Of a DNA stretch of 64,000 bases, positions 1-13,506 are shown one piece after another; within the stretch, counting starts at the first letter, position 1; the number at the start of each line of letters is the position of its first letter. Made by a program: the position numbers and the translations under genes. The DNA comes from Hemiscyllium ocellatum (taxonomy: Eukaryota): contig NC_083435.1 of assembly GCF_020745735.1 (NCBI RefSeq), positions 10,943,201-11,007,200 of the forward strand, read 5' to 3'. Below the pieces are notes generated by a model that was not told the origin of the DNA, searched no databases, and worked only from the letters and a program-made list of their open reading frames with translations.

Positions 1-2830
1 CATAAGACCGTAAGACATTGGAGCAGAAATTAGGCCACATAGCCCATTCAGTCCGCTCTGCCATTCAATCATGGTTGATGAGAATCATAGGCCCATTCTT
101 CCATTTTCTCACCATAACTTTTGATCCCCTTTACAATAAGAACATATCTATCTCCATCTTAAACACACTCTGTGACCTGGCCTCGACTGCCTTCTGTGGT
201 AGTGAATTCCATAGATTCACCACTCTCTGGCTGAAGATGTTTCTCCTTATCTCTATTCTAAAAGGTCTTCCCTTTACTCTAAGGTTGTGCCCTCAGGTCC
301 TAGTGTCTCCTACCAATGGAAACACCTTCCCAACATCCACTCTGTCCAAGCCATTCAGTATTCAGTAAGTTTTAATTAGATCACCCCTCATCCTTCTAAA
401 CTCCATCGACTGCAGACCCAAGTTCTCAAACTATCCTCATATGTTACGCTGTTCATTCCTGGGACCATTCTCATGAATATCCTCTGAACATGCTCCAGGG
501 CCAGTCCATCCTTCCTGAAATATGGGGCCCAAAACTACATACAAAATTCCAAATGTGGCCTGACCAGAGCCTTATAGAGTCTCAGAAGTACACACCTCCT
601 TTTATATTCAAGTCCTCTCAAAATAAATGCCATCATTGCATTTGCTTTCCTAACTACTGACTCAACCTGCAAGTTTACCTTGAGAGAATCCTGGACTAGA
701 ACTCCCAAGTCTCTTTACACTTCAGACTCCTGAATTTTCTCCACATTTAGAAAATAGTCCATGCCTCTATTTTACCTTCCAAAATGCATGCTTTGCCACA
801 TTGTATTCCATCTGCCACTTCTTCATCCAATCTCCTAACCTGTCCAAATTCTTCTGCAGCCTCCCTGCCTCCTCAATGCTATCCATGCTCCACCTATCTT
901 TGTGTCATCTGCAAATTTAGCTAGAATACTCTCAGTTCCTTCATCTTGATTGTTAATGTATAAAGTGAAATGTTGTTGTCTCAACACTGAGCCTTGTGAA
1001 ACACCACTCCCTGCTTTCTGCCAGACAGCCAAGCTTCTATCCATGCTAGCACCTTGCCTCTAACACCATAGGCCATTACCTTACTCAGTAGCCTTCTATG
1101 TGGTGCCTTGTCAAAGGCTTTTTTGAAGTCCAAGTAGATAATATCCAATGGTTCTCCTCAGTCTAATCTGTTTGTTACTTCCTCAAAGAATTCTAGCAGA
1201 TTTGTCAGTCATGACCTGACCTTGATGAAACCGTGCTGACTCTGTCCTATTTTACCATATACTCCCAAGTATTCAGAAATCTCATCCATCATAATGGATT
1301 CAAGGATCTTACCCACGACCGAGGTGAGGCTAATTGGTCTGCAATTTCCCCTCTTCTGCCTTACTCACTTTTGACACTCTCCCTGGTGTCTTATATTAGT
1401 GATTTTGCAGTACTCATGACCCTTCCTGATTCTACAGATTCCTGAAAGATTACCACTAATGCCTCCACTATCTCTTCAATTATCTCCCTTAGAACACTGA
1501 GTATAGTCCAAATGATCCTTGTGATTTATCCACCTTCAAACCATTTTGTTTTCGCTCACCTTTTCCTTGGTGATAGCCACCATACTCATCTCTGCTTTCT
1601 CAATCTCTTGATTCTCTGGGATATTACTCGTGTTTTGCACTGTGGAGACTGATGTGAAATAATTATTCAGTTCCTCAGACACTTCTTTGTTCCCCATTAG
1701 TATCTCTCTTGTGTCATTTTCCAGCAGCCCAATGTCCACATTTGTCTCTCTTTTGCCCTTTTCGTATTGAAAGAAACCCTGACAGTCTTCCTTTATATTA
1801 CTGGCTAGCTTACCCTCATATTTAATTTTCACCCTCCTTATTTCTTCTTTTTTTGTCCTCTGTTGATCTTCGTAAACTTTCCAATCCTCTGGTTTCCCAC
1901 TATTCCTTGCTACTTTATATGCATTCTGTTTTGCTTTTATGCTATCCCTGGCTTCCCTAGTCAGCCATGGTTGTCTCATCCTCCATTACCATGCTTCTTT
2001 TTCTTTGGGATGAACCTCTGCTGTGTCTCTGAATTACTCCTAAAAACTCCTGCCATTGCTCTAGCACTGTCTTCCCCGCTAGGCTCCTCTTCCAGTCAAT
2101 TCTACACAACTCCTCCTCATGCCTCTGTAGTTGTGTTTATTCAGCTGAAATACCATTATTGCTGATTCTATCTCCACTGCTCACTGTTTCACCTTAAGTT
2201 CTCTTATTAAGTCTATATCATTGCATGACACTAAATCCAATATTGCCGGTTCCCTCATGGGCTCAATCACAAGCTGCTCCAAAAAGCCACCTCATATACA
2301 TTCCACAAATTCCCTTTCTTGCAAACACTACCAATCTGATTTTCCCAGTCTACCCACATATTGAAATCTCTCAATGGTCATTGCAACTTTGTCTTTCCTA
2401 CACATCTTTTCTATCTCCTGGTGTATCTGGCACTCTAGTTCATGATTATTATTTGGAGGCCTGTACATGACTCCAACTATGTTTTTTTTTTAACCCTTGC
2501 AGCTCCTCACTTGTACCCAACACAGATTCTACACCATCTGACCCTACTTTGTTTCTCACTTTTAATTTAATTTAATTTCTTACTAATAGAACAACCCCAC
2601 CCCTCTGCCACCTGCCTACTTTTACAATAGGATATATATTGTCTAATATCCCAATCTTGATCTCCTTGCAGCCATGTCTCCGTGATGCCCACCACCTCAT
2701 ACCTGCCAATTTTGATCTGCATGACAAGCTCATTTATCTTATTCCTTACACCGTGTGCATTCAGATACAACACCTTCAGTCCTGTATTAATTGTCCCACC
2801 TCTCATAGTCACTTGTTTGCCAGTGTACTT
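1..2830 (-). mobile_element. CR1 LINE, decayed ORF2 (APE endonuclease + RT) with 3' end
   Basis: Minus-strand peptides LKVLYLNAHGVRNK..ITETWL (endonuclease N-terminus, 2567-2812), linker 1536-1979 and [18 protein letters not shown] (RT, 835-1044); CR1 TCTTATG-type 3' tail at position 1. Confidence 0.9.
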
Positions 2831-2984
2831 GAAATATGATGCTAACTCTTTCCAGATACTTTGTCCAATTTGTGTCTGTGCTGGAGATTTTAAAAATCTC
2901 TCTCGAGTTCTGCACTTTTACCTCCTCTTTTAATTCGGGTTTTCTAATTTCCCCTATCCCACTCTATTTAGCTTAAATTGTTAT

Positions 2985-4280
2985 TGTTGCTCCCAGTGAT
3001 AGGTGAACCTTTAAAAGCAAGTTTTAGTGGACCTTATCAAATTGAAAGGAAATTGAGTGAGGTGATTTATTGAATAAAAATGCCAGAGGGAAGGAATACT
3101 CACACAATGTGTCCTGTGAATATGCTCAAGCGGTATTTTGATAGGAAAGAGAAGCAAAAGGAGAATGTGGTACTTGGAGTGAATAACTAAATCCAGATAT
3201 ATTTGAATTTGATATTCCTCAAATTAAATTTAACAGTGAGGGAGTCTTTAAAAATTGGGAAAAATTATTGAGTTACTCTCCAGAGGAAAACTGAAATGAT
3301 CTGAAACAGTTATTGCAATCACGTGGAGGGACACATAGAAATATATAGAGATTACGCACGATGTAGATATAGGAAATGCTTTTCCAATTAAGCAACAGTC
3401 TAACCATCTAACATTGGCATAGGTTCAAAAGTGATTGAAAGCATGCTGGAAGGCAATATAGTCAAAGTGAGTTGCAGCAACTGGTGATCATCCATAACAA
3501 TGATGCCAAAATCAGATGATACCCAACATTTTTGTGTTGATTATGATAAAATCACTGAAGTTACAAAATCTGATTTATATCTTATTCCAAGGCTGGAAAA
3601 TTGTATTGAGAAGGTTGAGCAAGCAATTTATATTTGTAAATTGGACTTACTCAAAGGATACTGGCAGTTACTTTTATCTGAGAGCGCGAAGGAAATTTCA
3701 GCTCTTGTGATACCGAGTGGACTTTAACAATTTTAAGTTATGGCATTCAGTATGAAAAATGCATCAGCCTACATTTCAAACACTAACTGATAAAATCATT
3801 TTGGGATTACCCAATTCTGTTGCATAAATAGATGATGTAATGATTTTTGACACAAATGGAAGGAACATTTGGAGCATCTATTGAAATTATTCAATCTACT
3901 TCAGAAGGTGGGCTTGGTGATAAACCTGGCTAAGAGTGATTTCACAAAAGCGCAAGTCATGTTCCTTGGCATAACATTGGGCATGGGCAGATGGCCCCAT
4001 GAGATGTGAAATTAAAAGTTATTGTGGAGTTTCCCTGTCAAAGCTGAAGAAGGAAGTAGTATGATTCTTGGGACTGAGTGATTTTTATCAAAACATTTGT
4101 ATCAAATTTTAGCAGTGTGGTTGCTTCACTGACTGACTTGTTGAAGAAACGCAGAAAATTTCAGTGATTGCAGAAATGTCAGAAGGCACTTGACAGGATG
4201 AAAGCTATGTTAACCACTACCCCAATGTTAGCCACACCTATTTATGAAGAAACATTCAAAGTGGCTATCGATGCGAGTGA
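2985..4280 (+). mobile_element. Ty3/Gypsy LTR retrotransposon pol fragment, Gmr1-like order (integrase end, RT, RNase H start)
   Basis: LLPVIGEPLKASFSGPYQIERK..CPVNMLKRYF (integrase GPY/F tail, about 2985-3140) precedes FCVDY..IPRLENCIEKV..LDLLKGYWQ (RT), a decayed YIDD at about 3830 and FKVAIDAS (RNase H start, about 4255-4280). Confidence 0.8.
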
Positions 4281-5319
4281 ATACCCCCACAGTTTCATCA
4301 ACAGATGCCTAAGGGAAAGACAATGGAATGAGGACATGCCACAACCCAAAGGACTAGCCACACTACCATACATCAAAAACATTTCTGAACTGACACCCAG
4401 ACTACGACAACCACTCGGACTCATAACAGCACACAAACCAACAGCCACTCTCAGACAACAACTCACCAGAACGAAGGGCCCGATACCCAATATGGGCAAA
4501 AACAATGTAGTGTACAAAATCCCATGCAAGGACTGCACAAAACACTACATAGGACAAACAGAAAGACAGCCAAAAATCCACATCCATGAACACCAACTAG
4601 CCACGAAACGACATGACCAGCTATCCTTAGTAGCCACACACGCAGATGACAAGCAACATGAGTTCGACTGGGACTAGACTAGACTAGACTTACAGTGTGG
4701 AAACAGGCCCCTCGGCCCAACAAGTCCACACCGACCCGCCGAAGCGCAACCCACCCATACCCCTACATTTACCCCTTACCTAACACTACGGGCAATTTAG
4801 CATGGCCAATTCACCTGACCCACACATCTTTGGACTGTGGGAGGAAACCGGAGCACCCGGAGGAAACCCACGCAGACACGGGGAGAACGTGCAAACTCCA
4901 CACAGTCAGTCGCCTGAGTCGGGAATTGAACCCGGGTCTCAGGCGCTGTGAGGCAGCAGTGCTAACCACTGTGCCACCGTAGGGACAATACTACTATTAT
5001 AGGACAAGCCAAACAGAGAACAGCCAGGGAATTCCTAGAGGCATGGCACTCTTCTACAGATTCAATCAATAAGCACATCGACCTGGACCCAATATACCGG
5101 CCACTGCAGTGGACAGCTGGAACTGACAACCGGAAGCTGCAGATACAAATCACCATAAATGCTGGAGGAAACATCACAGAAGCGCTTCACAGGAGGCTCC
5201 CAAGCACTGAGGATGTCACCTAGACAGAGGGCGAAACGTCTGCAACACAAATTCCCAGCTCGGCGAACAGAACCACAACATCGAGCACCCGAGCCACAAA
5301 CCTTCTCCCAAACTTTGAA
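4281..5319 (+). mobile_element. Penelope-like element 3' part (GIY-YIG endonuclease + terminal repeat), interrupted by a SINE
   Basis: NVVYKIPCKDCTKHYIGQT..HEH GIY-YIG motif; reading continues FDW|DNTTIIGQAKQRTAREFLEAWHS across the SINE; hammerhead-like motif at 5204-5243. Confidence 0.88.
4672..4980 (-). mobile_element. tRNA-derived V-SINE (HE1-like)
   Basis: Minus-strand 5' end GGTGGCACAGTGGTTAGCACTGCTGCC (Pol III A box), GGTTCAATTCC B box, short tandem tail; GGGAC target duplication at 4670-4674 and 4982-4986. Confidence 0.9.
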
Positions 5320-5329
5320 TCATTTATCT

Positions 5330-5778
5330 TGATTGGTTCTGATTTTAATACCACTAAGCAACTTAACTGTTCCAACTCCAATCCAGGTGGACTTTCCAGG
5401 GTATGAAATCTTGTGAAAACCCTCCTGGATGCTGGCCTATGAACCAGCTTTCTCAATTTAGGTCTAGTCAGACAGCTTTGTTGTGTTGCGCCCACCATAC
5501 TGGCACCAAATACAATGGTTTCCAGCCAGGATCCAGAGAAAACTTGGGTTGATGCTTGACTTTGGGCTGACTTCGAGTCCCTCTGATCAGAATACTTCCT
5601 GACTGAGGCTACACAACTGCCTTCACTCAAATGGTGTTCCTCAAGCTCAGTCAGAGTGGTGAGCATATCAACATCTGACAGAATACATCGGATGCTGTTT
5701 TTGCTGCATTTTCCAATGATAAAGCCTGTAGTGCCTGTTTGAAGTCCAATTGGGCTTCAGATAGCAGACATTTTTGTA
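5330..5778 (-). mobile_element. Possible Gypsy gag remnant
   Basis: Minus frame near 5700-5778 reads IQKCLLSEAQLDFKQALQALSLENAA, resembling the LLAE-x-L-x-F-x-x-AL gag motif of vertebrate Gypsy elements; the rest is too decayed to read. Confidence 0.4.
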
Positions 5779-6098
5779 TAGATTAGATTAGATTAGATTA
5801 CTTACAGTGTGGAAACAGGCCCTTCGGCTCAATAAGTCCACACCGACCCGCCGAAGCGCAACCCACCCATACCCCTACATTACCCCTTACCGAATACTAC
5901 GGGCAATTTAGCATGGCCAATTCACCTGACCCGCACATCTTTGGACTGTAGGAGAAAACCGGAGCACCCGGAGGAAACCCACGTAGACACGGGGAGAACA
6001 TGCAAACTCCACGCAGTCAGTCGCCTGAGTCGGGAATTGAACCCTGGTCTCAGGCGCTGTGAGACAGCAGTGCTAACCACTGTGCCACCGTGCCGCCC
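5779..6098 (-). mobile_element. tRNA-derived V-SINE (HE1-like), full length
   Basis: Complete GGGCGGCACGGTGGCACAGTGG 5' end, A and B boxes, (TAATC)n tail; near-identical to 4672-4980. Confidence 0.92.
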
Positions 6099-6981
6099 AG
6101 AAAGTTACATCATTAATCCCACATCTCGTTAAGTGTTATCAACTTCTGCCAGTCATCTTAATTTAATCAAAAACCCCAATATAGATTCCCCTGGTTTTCA
6201 AATTGCTGAGTAAAAGTGATAGAATCTTAGAATTAGAGACATGAGGTTATATTATTCCTTAACTATGTCTTGAAATGTTTTTGTATGTGGAACATCAGGA
6301 GAAATTAGGCTCCTAATTATATAAAACGCTGCAGCTCCACAGGCTGTCAGGAAACTTAATCATCTTTTCTCATCTGCCACAATGTCAAATAATAATGCAT
6401 TCTTTCCACGTACTCAGACTGGCTTCCGACAGTAGGGTCAAATGAGTCATGCTGCCCAAATGAAAACAAGATGTAAGAAATGCTTGCTCCAATTCAAAGA
6501 CAACTGTTGTGAGCACATTTCTTCAGGATCATGCTTTGCCCTTATTGTCTCTGAAATAACTCCACAGAGGCCAGTCTCCTGTCATTGAGTCACCCTGTAT
6601 TTACACATAAACAATCTTTGACTCTCGTAATGCTTCATATAAACTTGGGCACCAAACAGTCACGATCTCCAACACTCATCCTTTGCCCAAAACGTTGATT
6701 TTCCTGCTCCTTGGATGCTGCCTGACCTGCTGTGCTTTTCCAGCACCACTCTAATCTAGACTCTGGTTTCTAGCATCTGCAGCCCTTGTTTTTACCTTCC
6801 TTTATGTTAGCCAGGGAACCCTGATTGGACCAAATTAATAGTCCCAATCATGGGACACAATGTATGAGGTCCAGCTGGCTGACCTCATTACAATTGTTAC
6901 ATTGGAGGTAATCGTTAAGGAATCACTGGGGTCAGGGATGATCGGAGAGGACTGGAAATGGCAAATGGAACACACCCCTAT

Positions 6982-7455
6982 TGAATAGACAATAGGTGCA
7001 GGAGTAGGCCATTCTGCCCTTCGAGCCTGCACCACCATTCAATATGATCATGGCTGATCATCCTTAATCAGTATCCTGATCCTGCCTTATCTCCATAACC
7101 CTTGATTCCACTATCCTTGAGAGCTCTATCCAACTCTTTCTTAAATGAATCCAGAGACTGGGTCTCCACTGCCCTCTGGTGCAGAGCATTCCACACAGCC
7201 ACCACTCTCTGGGTGAAGAAATTTCTCCTCAACTCTGTCCTAAATGGTCTACCCTGTATTTTTAAGCTGTATCCTCCGGTTCGGCACAGACCCATCAACG
7301 AAAACATCTTTCCTGCCTCCAGAGTGTCCAATCCTTTAATAATCTTATATGTCTCAATCAGATGCCCTCTCAGTCTTCTAAACTCAAGGGTATACAAGCC
7401 CAGTCACTCCAGTCTTTCAGCGTAAGGTGGTCCTGCTATTCCAGGAATTGACCCC
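6982..7455 (-). mobile_element. CR1 LINE 3' end
   Basis: ORF 7068-7397 RRLRGHLIETYKIIKGLD..RRNFFTQRVVAVWNAL is a CR1 ORF2 C-terminus. Confidence 0.88.
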
Positions 7456-8780
7456 AGTCCTCTCCTGACCTTTAAGAAGGGAGAGAGGCGGAAAAGAGGA
7501 AATTATAGGCCAGTTAGCCTGACCTCAGTCATTGGTAAGATTGTCAAGTTCATTATTGAGGATGAGATTGTGGATATTTGGAAGTGCAAGGTAAAATAGT
7601 ACTGAGTCATCATGGTTTCATCAAGGGACATTATGCTGAAAATCTGTTAGACATCTTTGAGGATCTAATGAGCTAGTTAAGCAAAGGAAAGCTGGTGGAT
7701 GTGATCTATTTGCATTTCAAGAAGGCCTTTGAAGAGATTGATAAATATGTTAAGAGTCCGTGGTATTGGGGACAAGTACTGACAAGTTGAAAGGATTGGC
7801 TGACTGGCAAAAGGCAGGGAGTCATGATAATGGGGTCTTTTTCAGGACAGCAGCTGGTGACTAATGGAATTCTGCAGCAGTCTATGTGAGGATCACAACT
7901 ATTCACACTGTACATGAACGATCTGGACAAAGTAACTGAGGATATTGTTACTAGGTTTGCAGAAGACACAAAAATAGGTGGAGAGACAGTCAGTTTTGAG
8001 GAAGTGGTGAGGCTACAGAAGGACTTGGACAGGCTAGCGGAGTGGCAAATAATTGATATTTAGAATACAATATGGGAAAATATGAGCCTATGCACTTTGG
8101 TAGGAAGAATTGAGACATAACCCATTTTCTAAACAAGAAAGTGTTTCTGAAATCTGATGCTTAGGAGGGGACTTAGGAGTCAGAGTTCAGGTTAACGTGT
8201 AGGTTCAGTTGGCAGTTAGGAAGTTAAGTGCAATGTTAGCATTCATTTTGAGAGGACTAGAATATAGAATAGGGATGCACTGCTTAGACTGCATTTGGAA
8301 TTTTGTGAGCAGTTTTTGGCCCCTATTTAAGGAAGGATGTGAAGCATGGGGTCCAGAGGAGGTTTACAAGAATGATCCCAGAAGGTCTTATCATATAAGG
8401 AGCTCTCTGGATCTGTACAAGATTGAGTTTAGAAGTATGAGGGGACTCTATTGAAACTTACAGAAGGACGTGGAGAAAATATTTCCATTAATAGTAGAGA
8501 CAAGGACCCAAGGGCAAAGCCTCAGAGTGAAAGGTATGTCCCTTTAGAACTAAGATGAGAAGAAATTTCTTCAGTGAGAAGTTGGTGAATCTGTGGAACT
8601 TATTGCTGTAGAAGGCTGTAAAGGCCAAACCATTGAGTGTCTTTAGGTTAAAGATGGATAGGTTATTGATTATTAAGATAATCAAAGGTTACAGGGAGAA
8701 GCTAGAGAATGGAATTGAGAAACATATCAGTCATGACTGAATGGCAGAGCAGATCAGATGGGTTAAATGGCTCTGATAGC
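7456..8780 (+). mobile_element. CR1 LINE RT and 3' end, decayed
   Basis: AATTATAGGCCAGTTAGCCTGACCTCAG (NYRPVSLTS), TTTGCAGAAGACACAAAA (FAxDTK) and a CR1 3' UTR. Confidence 0.85.
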
Positions 8781-9714
8781 TTATAGTGCCTTTCTTCCTT
8801 TTACATAAATAGAAATGCTTTTACAGACAACTGGATTTTTTTAAATCTTATAATTTTATGGATAAAACAACATTGTTATCGACTGGGCCCAGAAAATCAA
8901 GCTCAGGTGGAAACATTGATTCTATTCGTGGTAGAAAAACACCAGTCTGAACTTAATCAAAGCAGCTGGAGTTCACCAGTGGTGTAGGTTTCTAATCCAG
9001 ATGGATCTGCTAGACTGTCTGCAGATTATTGAAATTTGAATGTGTTACGATTGGAAGACTGTATTGTTAGGGTTGGTTGTGCTTCATTCCTTTCTATGTT
9101 TGCTCAATTGAAGGGGCACTGGGAAGTTCCATTAAACCTCCCTCACGAAATTTCCCATATCCTTCCTGCCAGACCCGAACGACAAATCATCCATACATAC
9201 TTTCACGGCCAAACCCAATTCCTCCCACACACCTTGACCTACTCTATACATTGCATTTTCTTTTACCTTGCCACCTTAATCCTTGGCACTGTACCCAGTT
9301 TCCACCCTATTTACCTGGTTTCCTACTCCACCCTGGCCGGTATTCTACTTACCATGTACCCTATATACCTGGCATTCTATTAACATGACACTCTACTCCT
9401 TACTCATTTGGCAATCTGGCATCCTGCCCTGGCAGGCTGCACCATCCAAGCTGGCAAGCTTCCAATCTACCCATACCACTGACTCTTTGGCACCTTCTTC
9501 TCCAATGCCCTATCACACTTATCTTATGCATTGTCTGTTAAAATGGCTGTCTGGACCTTTAAATATCAGAATGCTGTAAAAGAGGATGTCGTTTACTTTC
9601 CTCGAACAATCCTATTTTATGAAAGCACCATCAGACTGGGAGAATGGCTCTGTATTTCTGAGGAAGCCCAGATGGAATCTCCTCTCAGAAATGTGGAGGC
9701 TCCTTCTTCTATGA

Positions 9715-10600
9715 AAATAGAAACATAGAAAATAGGTGCAGGTGCAATCCATTCAGCCCTTCAGTCCTGAACACCATTCAAGATGATCATGATTGATCAA
9801 ACAATCTCAGCATTCCATCCCTGCTCTCTTCCTATACCTTTTGATACCTTTAGCCACAAGGGCTAAGTTCAACTCCCTTGGATGTATCTAATGAACAAGC
9901 CTCAACAGCTTTCTATGATAGAGAATTCAAAATATGTCTGAGTGAAGAAATTCTTCCTCATCTCAGTCCTGAATGGCTTATCCCTTATTCTTAGACTGTC
10001 ACCCTCTCGTTCTGGACCTCCCCAACATCAGGAACATTCTTCCCACATCTAGCCTGTCCAGTCCCATCAGGATTTTATATGTTATGAGATCCCCCTCATT
10101 CTTCAAAATTCCAGTGAGTCAAAGCTCAATTGATCCAGTCTTTCCTCATATGTCAGTCCTGCCATCCTGGGCATCAGTCCGATGAACCTTTACAGGACTC
10201 CCTCAATCGCAAGAATGTCCTACCTCAGACAAGGAGACCAAAACTGCATCCAATACTCAAGGTGTGGCCTCACCAATGCCCTGTATAACTGCAGCAAGTC
10301 ATCCTTTCTCTGATACTGAAGTCCTCTTGCTATGAAGGAGCATGTCATTAGCTTTCTTCCCAACCTGCTCCACCTACATGCCAATCGTCAGCAACTGTTC
10401 CACCATGACACCAAAGTCACGTTGCACTGCATCTTTTCCTAAACTGACACCAGTCATATAATAATCTGCTCTCCTCTTTTTGTGAACAAATTGGATAACC
10501 TTACATTTATTCCCATTATATTGCATTTGCCAAGTATTTGCCAACTCAGCCAATCTGTCAGTCTGCAGTCTCCTTCCACCCTCCTTGCAGCACACACTGC
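9715..10600 (-). mobile_element. CR1 LINE 3' fragment
   Basis: LAELANTWQMQYNGNKCKVIQF..QRDFGVMV peptide and a CR1 3' UTR. Confidence 0.8.
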
Positions 10601-12220
10601 CACCAAGCTTAGTGTTATATGGCTTTCAATTCCTTCATAAAGATTGTCTCTGATTGCTGAACAACCACTGCCAGAGGAAATTGGACAAGTTCCAGTCTGC
10701 TCATTGCAGAACCAAGAATCTGCAAATAACTGCTCAACTGACAATATCACAGTGACTAAAATCCCCCAATTTAATGGCTGCAATGGTTCACAATATTCAT
10801 CACTAACCAGCCATGCTTACTTGCTTACTATTCATTTCTAATCCATCTATTGGTGTCATGTTTTCTTTTCTTTTCTCACATTATATTAGCTAATTAACCT
10901 ACTCATAAATTCAAATGCTTAAATTCGTTCAGTTTAAAATAAAAATATATTTGGGCTGAGAAAATATATCAATGAGGGAAGGAATATTTTTCAATTTAAC
11001 ATTGTTGCAACTAATTGAGTGGTAGGTGAAAAATGAAAGGGAGTCAATTTATTTCTCCTCACCTGAAAAACAATGTTTTTGGAGGTATACTCTAAGGGGT
11101 GCCCAAAATGCCTGACAATCGGATAAATAGAATTATAAGGCCTGCTCCAGCATTTAGACACAAAATGACTGACAAGCGATAAACAGTGTAAGAAGACTGT
11201 TCCAATATTTAAGAGAAACACAATGGTACCTTTGAACCGAGGTTACTCCAAGTAAAAGGAGGTCGTGTAAAAACAACAGACAGTGACAGTTCGATAAGAA
11301 GATTGCAAGTTTGAAGATTTGGATCAAACATTGAAGAAGGGGTAAACTTCTATGATAACAATCAATGGTGAACTAATGTGATTGTGGCTCATAAAAATTT
11401 GAAGGATTCAAACAAGTTCATTAAATTATGACAAGTGATTTACTCTGGTCTCATTAACAAAAGGATGTTATCCCATTAGGTGAGCAGTGTTAGTTAGAAC
11501 AAGGGCTGTAAATCTCATTTCAGAAGACAGCGAAATGGCATTGTGCAGCTCATCATGCAGCTGTGAAAACAGCAGCTAAAGTTATCTTGTGGTAATTAGC
11601 TGTTTCTTGGAAACTATTTAGTATTAAGAAATAGGTTCTAGTTAAAGATTCTCCAGATAATCACAGAGATAGATTTCGACTGAGTTATGGATATAAATAT
11701 ATAACAAGATATGGTCATTGTCATTATGGGAAAGATTCAAAAATAAATGTAAAAGTTAATTACATCTCAGGAAATATTTTCTTTATCACAACAGGGATCC
11801 TGGATGGATCCAGTAAAAAACAAATTGCTCGCTAAAGAGTGCTATCAGTAGAAGTAGCAATAAAACCTTACATATAACTAACTTTATAATAGAAATTAAT
11901 ATTACAAATCTTAAAGCAGTTAGTTAGAACCAGCTGTCTTTTGTATATATAGAATTCAAGCAGTCTTTAAAGATAAGCAAGTCAGGGACATATTTGAAGG
12001 AGTTCAGCCATTACGTTTGGAATGTAATTGGATGCATAGAAAGATCCCAAAGCCTGGTGATTACAATGTCTGTTAAACATCATGAGATCATGGGAACCTT
12101 GGGTTTTCCACAGGATTGTCAATCATTCATCAAGTGTTTCACAGGATTGAATGTATAGAATAAGGGGAAGAGCACAGTGACCACGCTTTAGGTGATTACT
12201 GTAACTCAATATGTATAAAA

Positions 12221-12736
12221 ATGCTGTATCTCATTGTGAAAAACCAGAACATCATTGATCGCTCTTCCGATCTGAACCAAAGATTAAGAGAGCAACTGCA
12301 TTCTTAGGTCGAGGCCAAACTTGGGGGGGAGTCTTTGGCCCTCTCCCTACATGAACCAATAATTGTTTGAATGCGAATGAGGACTGCCACATGCCTGAAT
12401 CCTGCCTGCCTCCTGAGGCTTTGTCCCCAGTCGGTAGGTTTCATTCCTAGTATACCATCTGGAATGGTAACAAATTGGGCACCTTTGCGTGAGGACAGTT
12501 CTTAACAGAACCCCAAGGCTCCAAAAGGCACAAACATTTATCACACATAACAAAGAGATTTAAAGCAGGCAGACACTTTGTCATTTCTTATTTGGCAATA
12601 TACAAATTAATTTTAGTAGAAACTGAATCTGGTCAAATCGGACCTTGACGTGAGAATGCAATTGTTCCCTTAACCTTTGGTTCAGATCAGAAGAGAGATC
12701 AATGGTGCTCTGGTTTTTCACAATGAGATACAGCAT
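12221..12736. mobile_element. Non-autonomous element with about 96-bp terminal inverted repeats (MITE-like)
   Basis: 12221-12316 is the reverse complement of 12640-12736 with about 12 mismatches (hand count); about 320-bp core without a convincing ORF. Confidence 0.6.
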
Positions 12737-13506
12737 TAATTCAGAATAATTGAAGAATGTTAAAGGCAATTTGCAGCTGGATTGGAAATCTGTGGCTAAA
12801 ACTCTAGCTCAAATGGTCTTAGTCAAATGTTAATCCTGGAGGTGAAAGACAAATGGAAGCATCAAACCTGATCCCCAAAATCCTGGGAATAAGGATGACC
12901 CCTACTCAGAAAGGGAATTTGATTCAGCCAGTCAATGAAATATATTGTCAATATATTAATACCAAGAGACATAGAAACACGAAAGACCTATTAAAACATT
13001 ACATAGCTTTCACAATGTGGGAAGCCAGGAAGTTGATACAGAGATAGAAGTTGGACTAGGCCATTTGACCCTCACACCTATTCCAATATTCCCTGGAAAT
13101 CTCAACCCCAGAGGGTGGGTGCAAACAGTCATTGAATGTATTCAACTCAGATCATGTTTTTTTCTAAGGAAATAAAGGGAAGTTCACTTGTATGAAAGAG
13201 TGGACTAAGCTTGAGGGCCTGAATGGTCTTCTTTTATTCATATTCTTATGTGCTTATGTGGACAGCTCCAAAGATTCACAGCATTGAGTGAAATAGCTTT
13301 GCATCTCATTGTTAAATGATCTTTGCCTTCCCCTTAGCCAGCCTGCCTCCCTCGTCTCTCCTCCCCCATCTGTGTGAGATTCCTGAACCAATGAAATTCA
13401 ACCTCGCGTCATCAATGTGTAATAATTTGGCTTCTGTCATGGTTAATGTTTCTCTATCACCTTCATCAAGGAAGTCAAGAGTAATATTTTTGAAATGATC
13501 ACTGAC

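Noticed and set aside
4168-4677. 169-aa ORF seemingly fusing an RNase H start to a GIY-YIG nuclease
   Set aside because: Chance in-frame junction of a Gypsy remnant and a Penelope insertion at 4280/4281; truncated by a SINE
6982-8780. Twin-priming inversion of a single CR1
   Set aside because: Both halves contain their own 3' ends and differ in sequence, so they are two independent insertions
11790-11875. Hydrophobic minus-strand stretch KVLLLLLLIALF as a possible TM exon of B1
   Set aside because: Too short for a TM helix, interrupted by polar residues and followed by stops, without good splice sites
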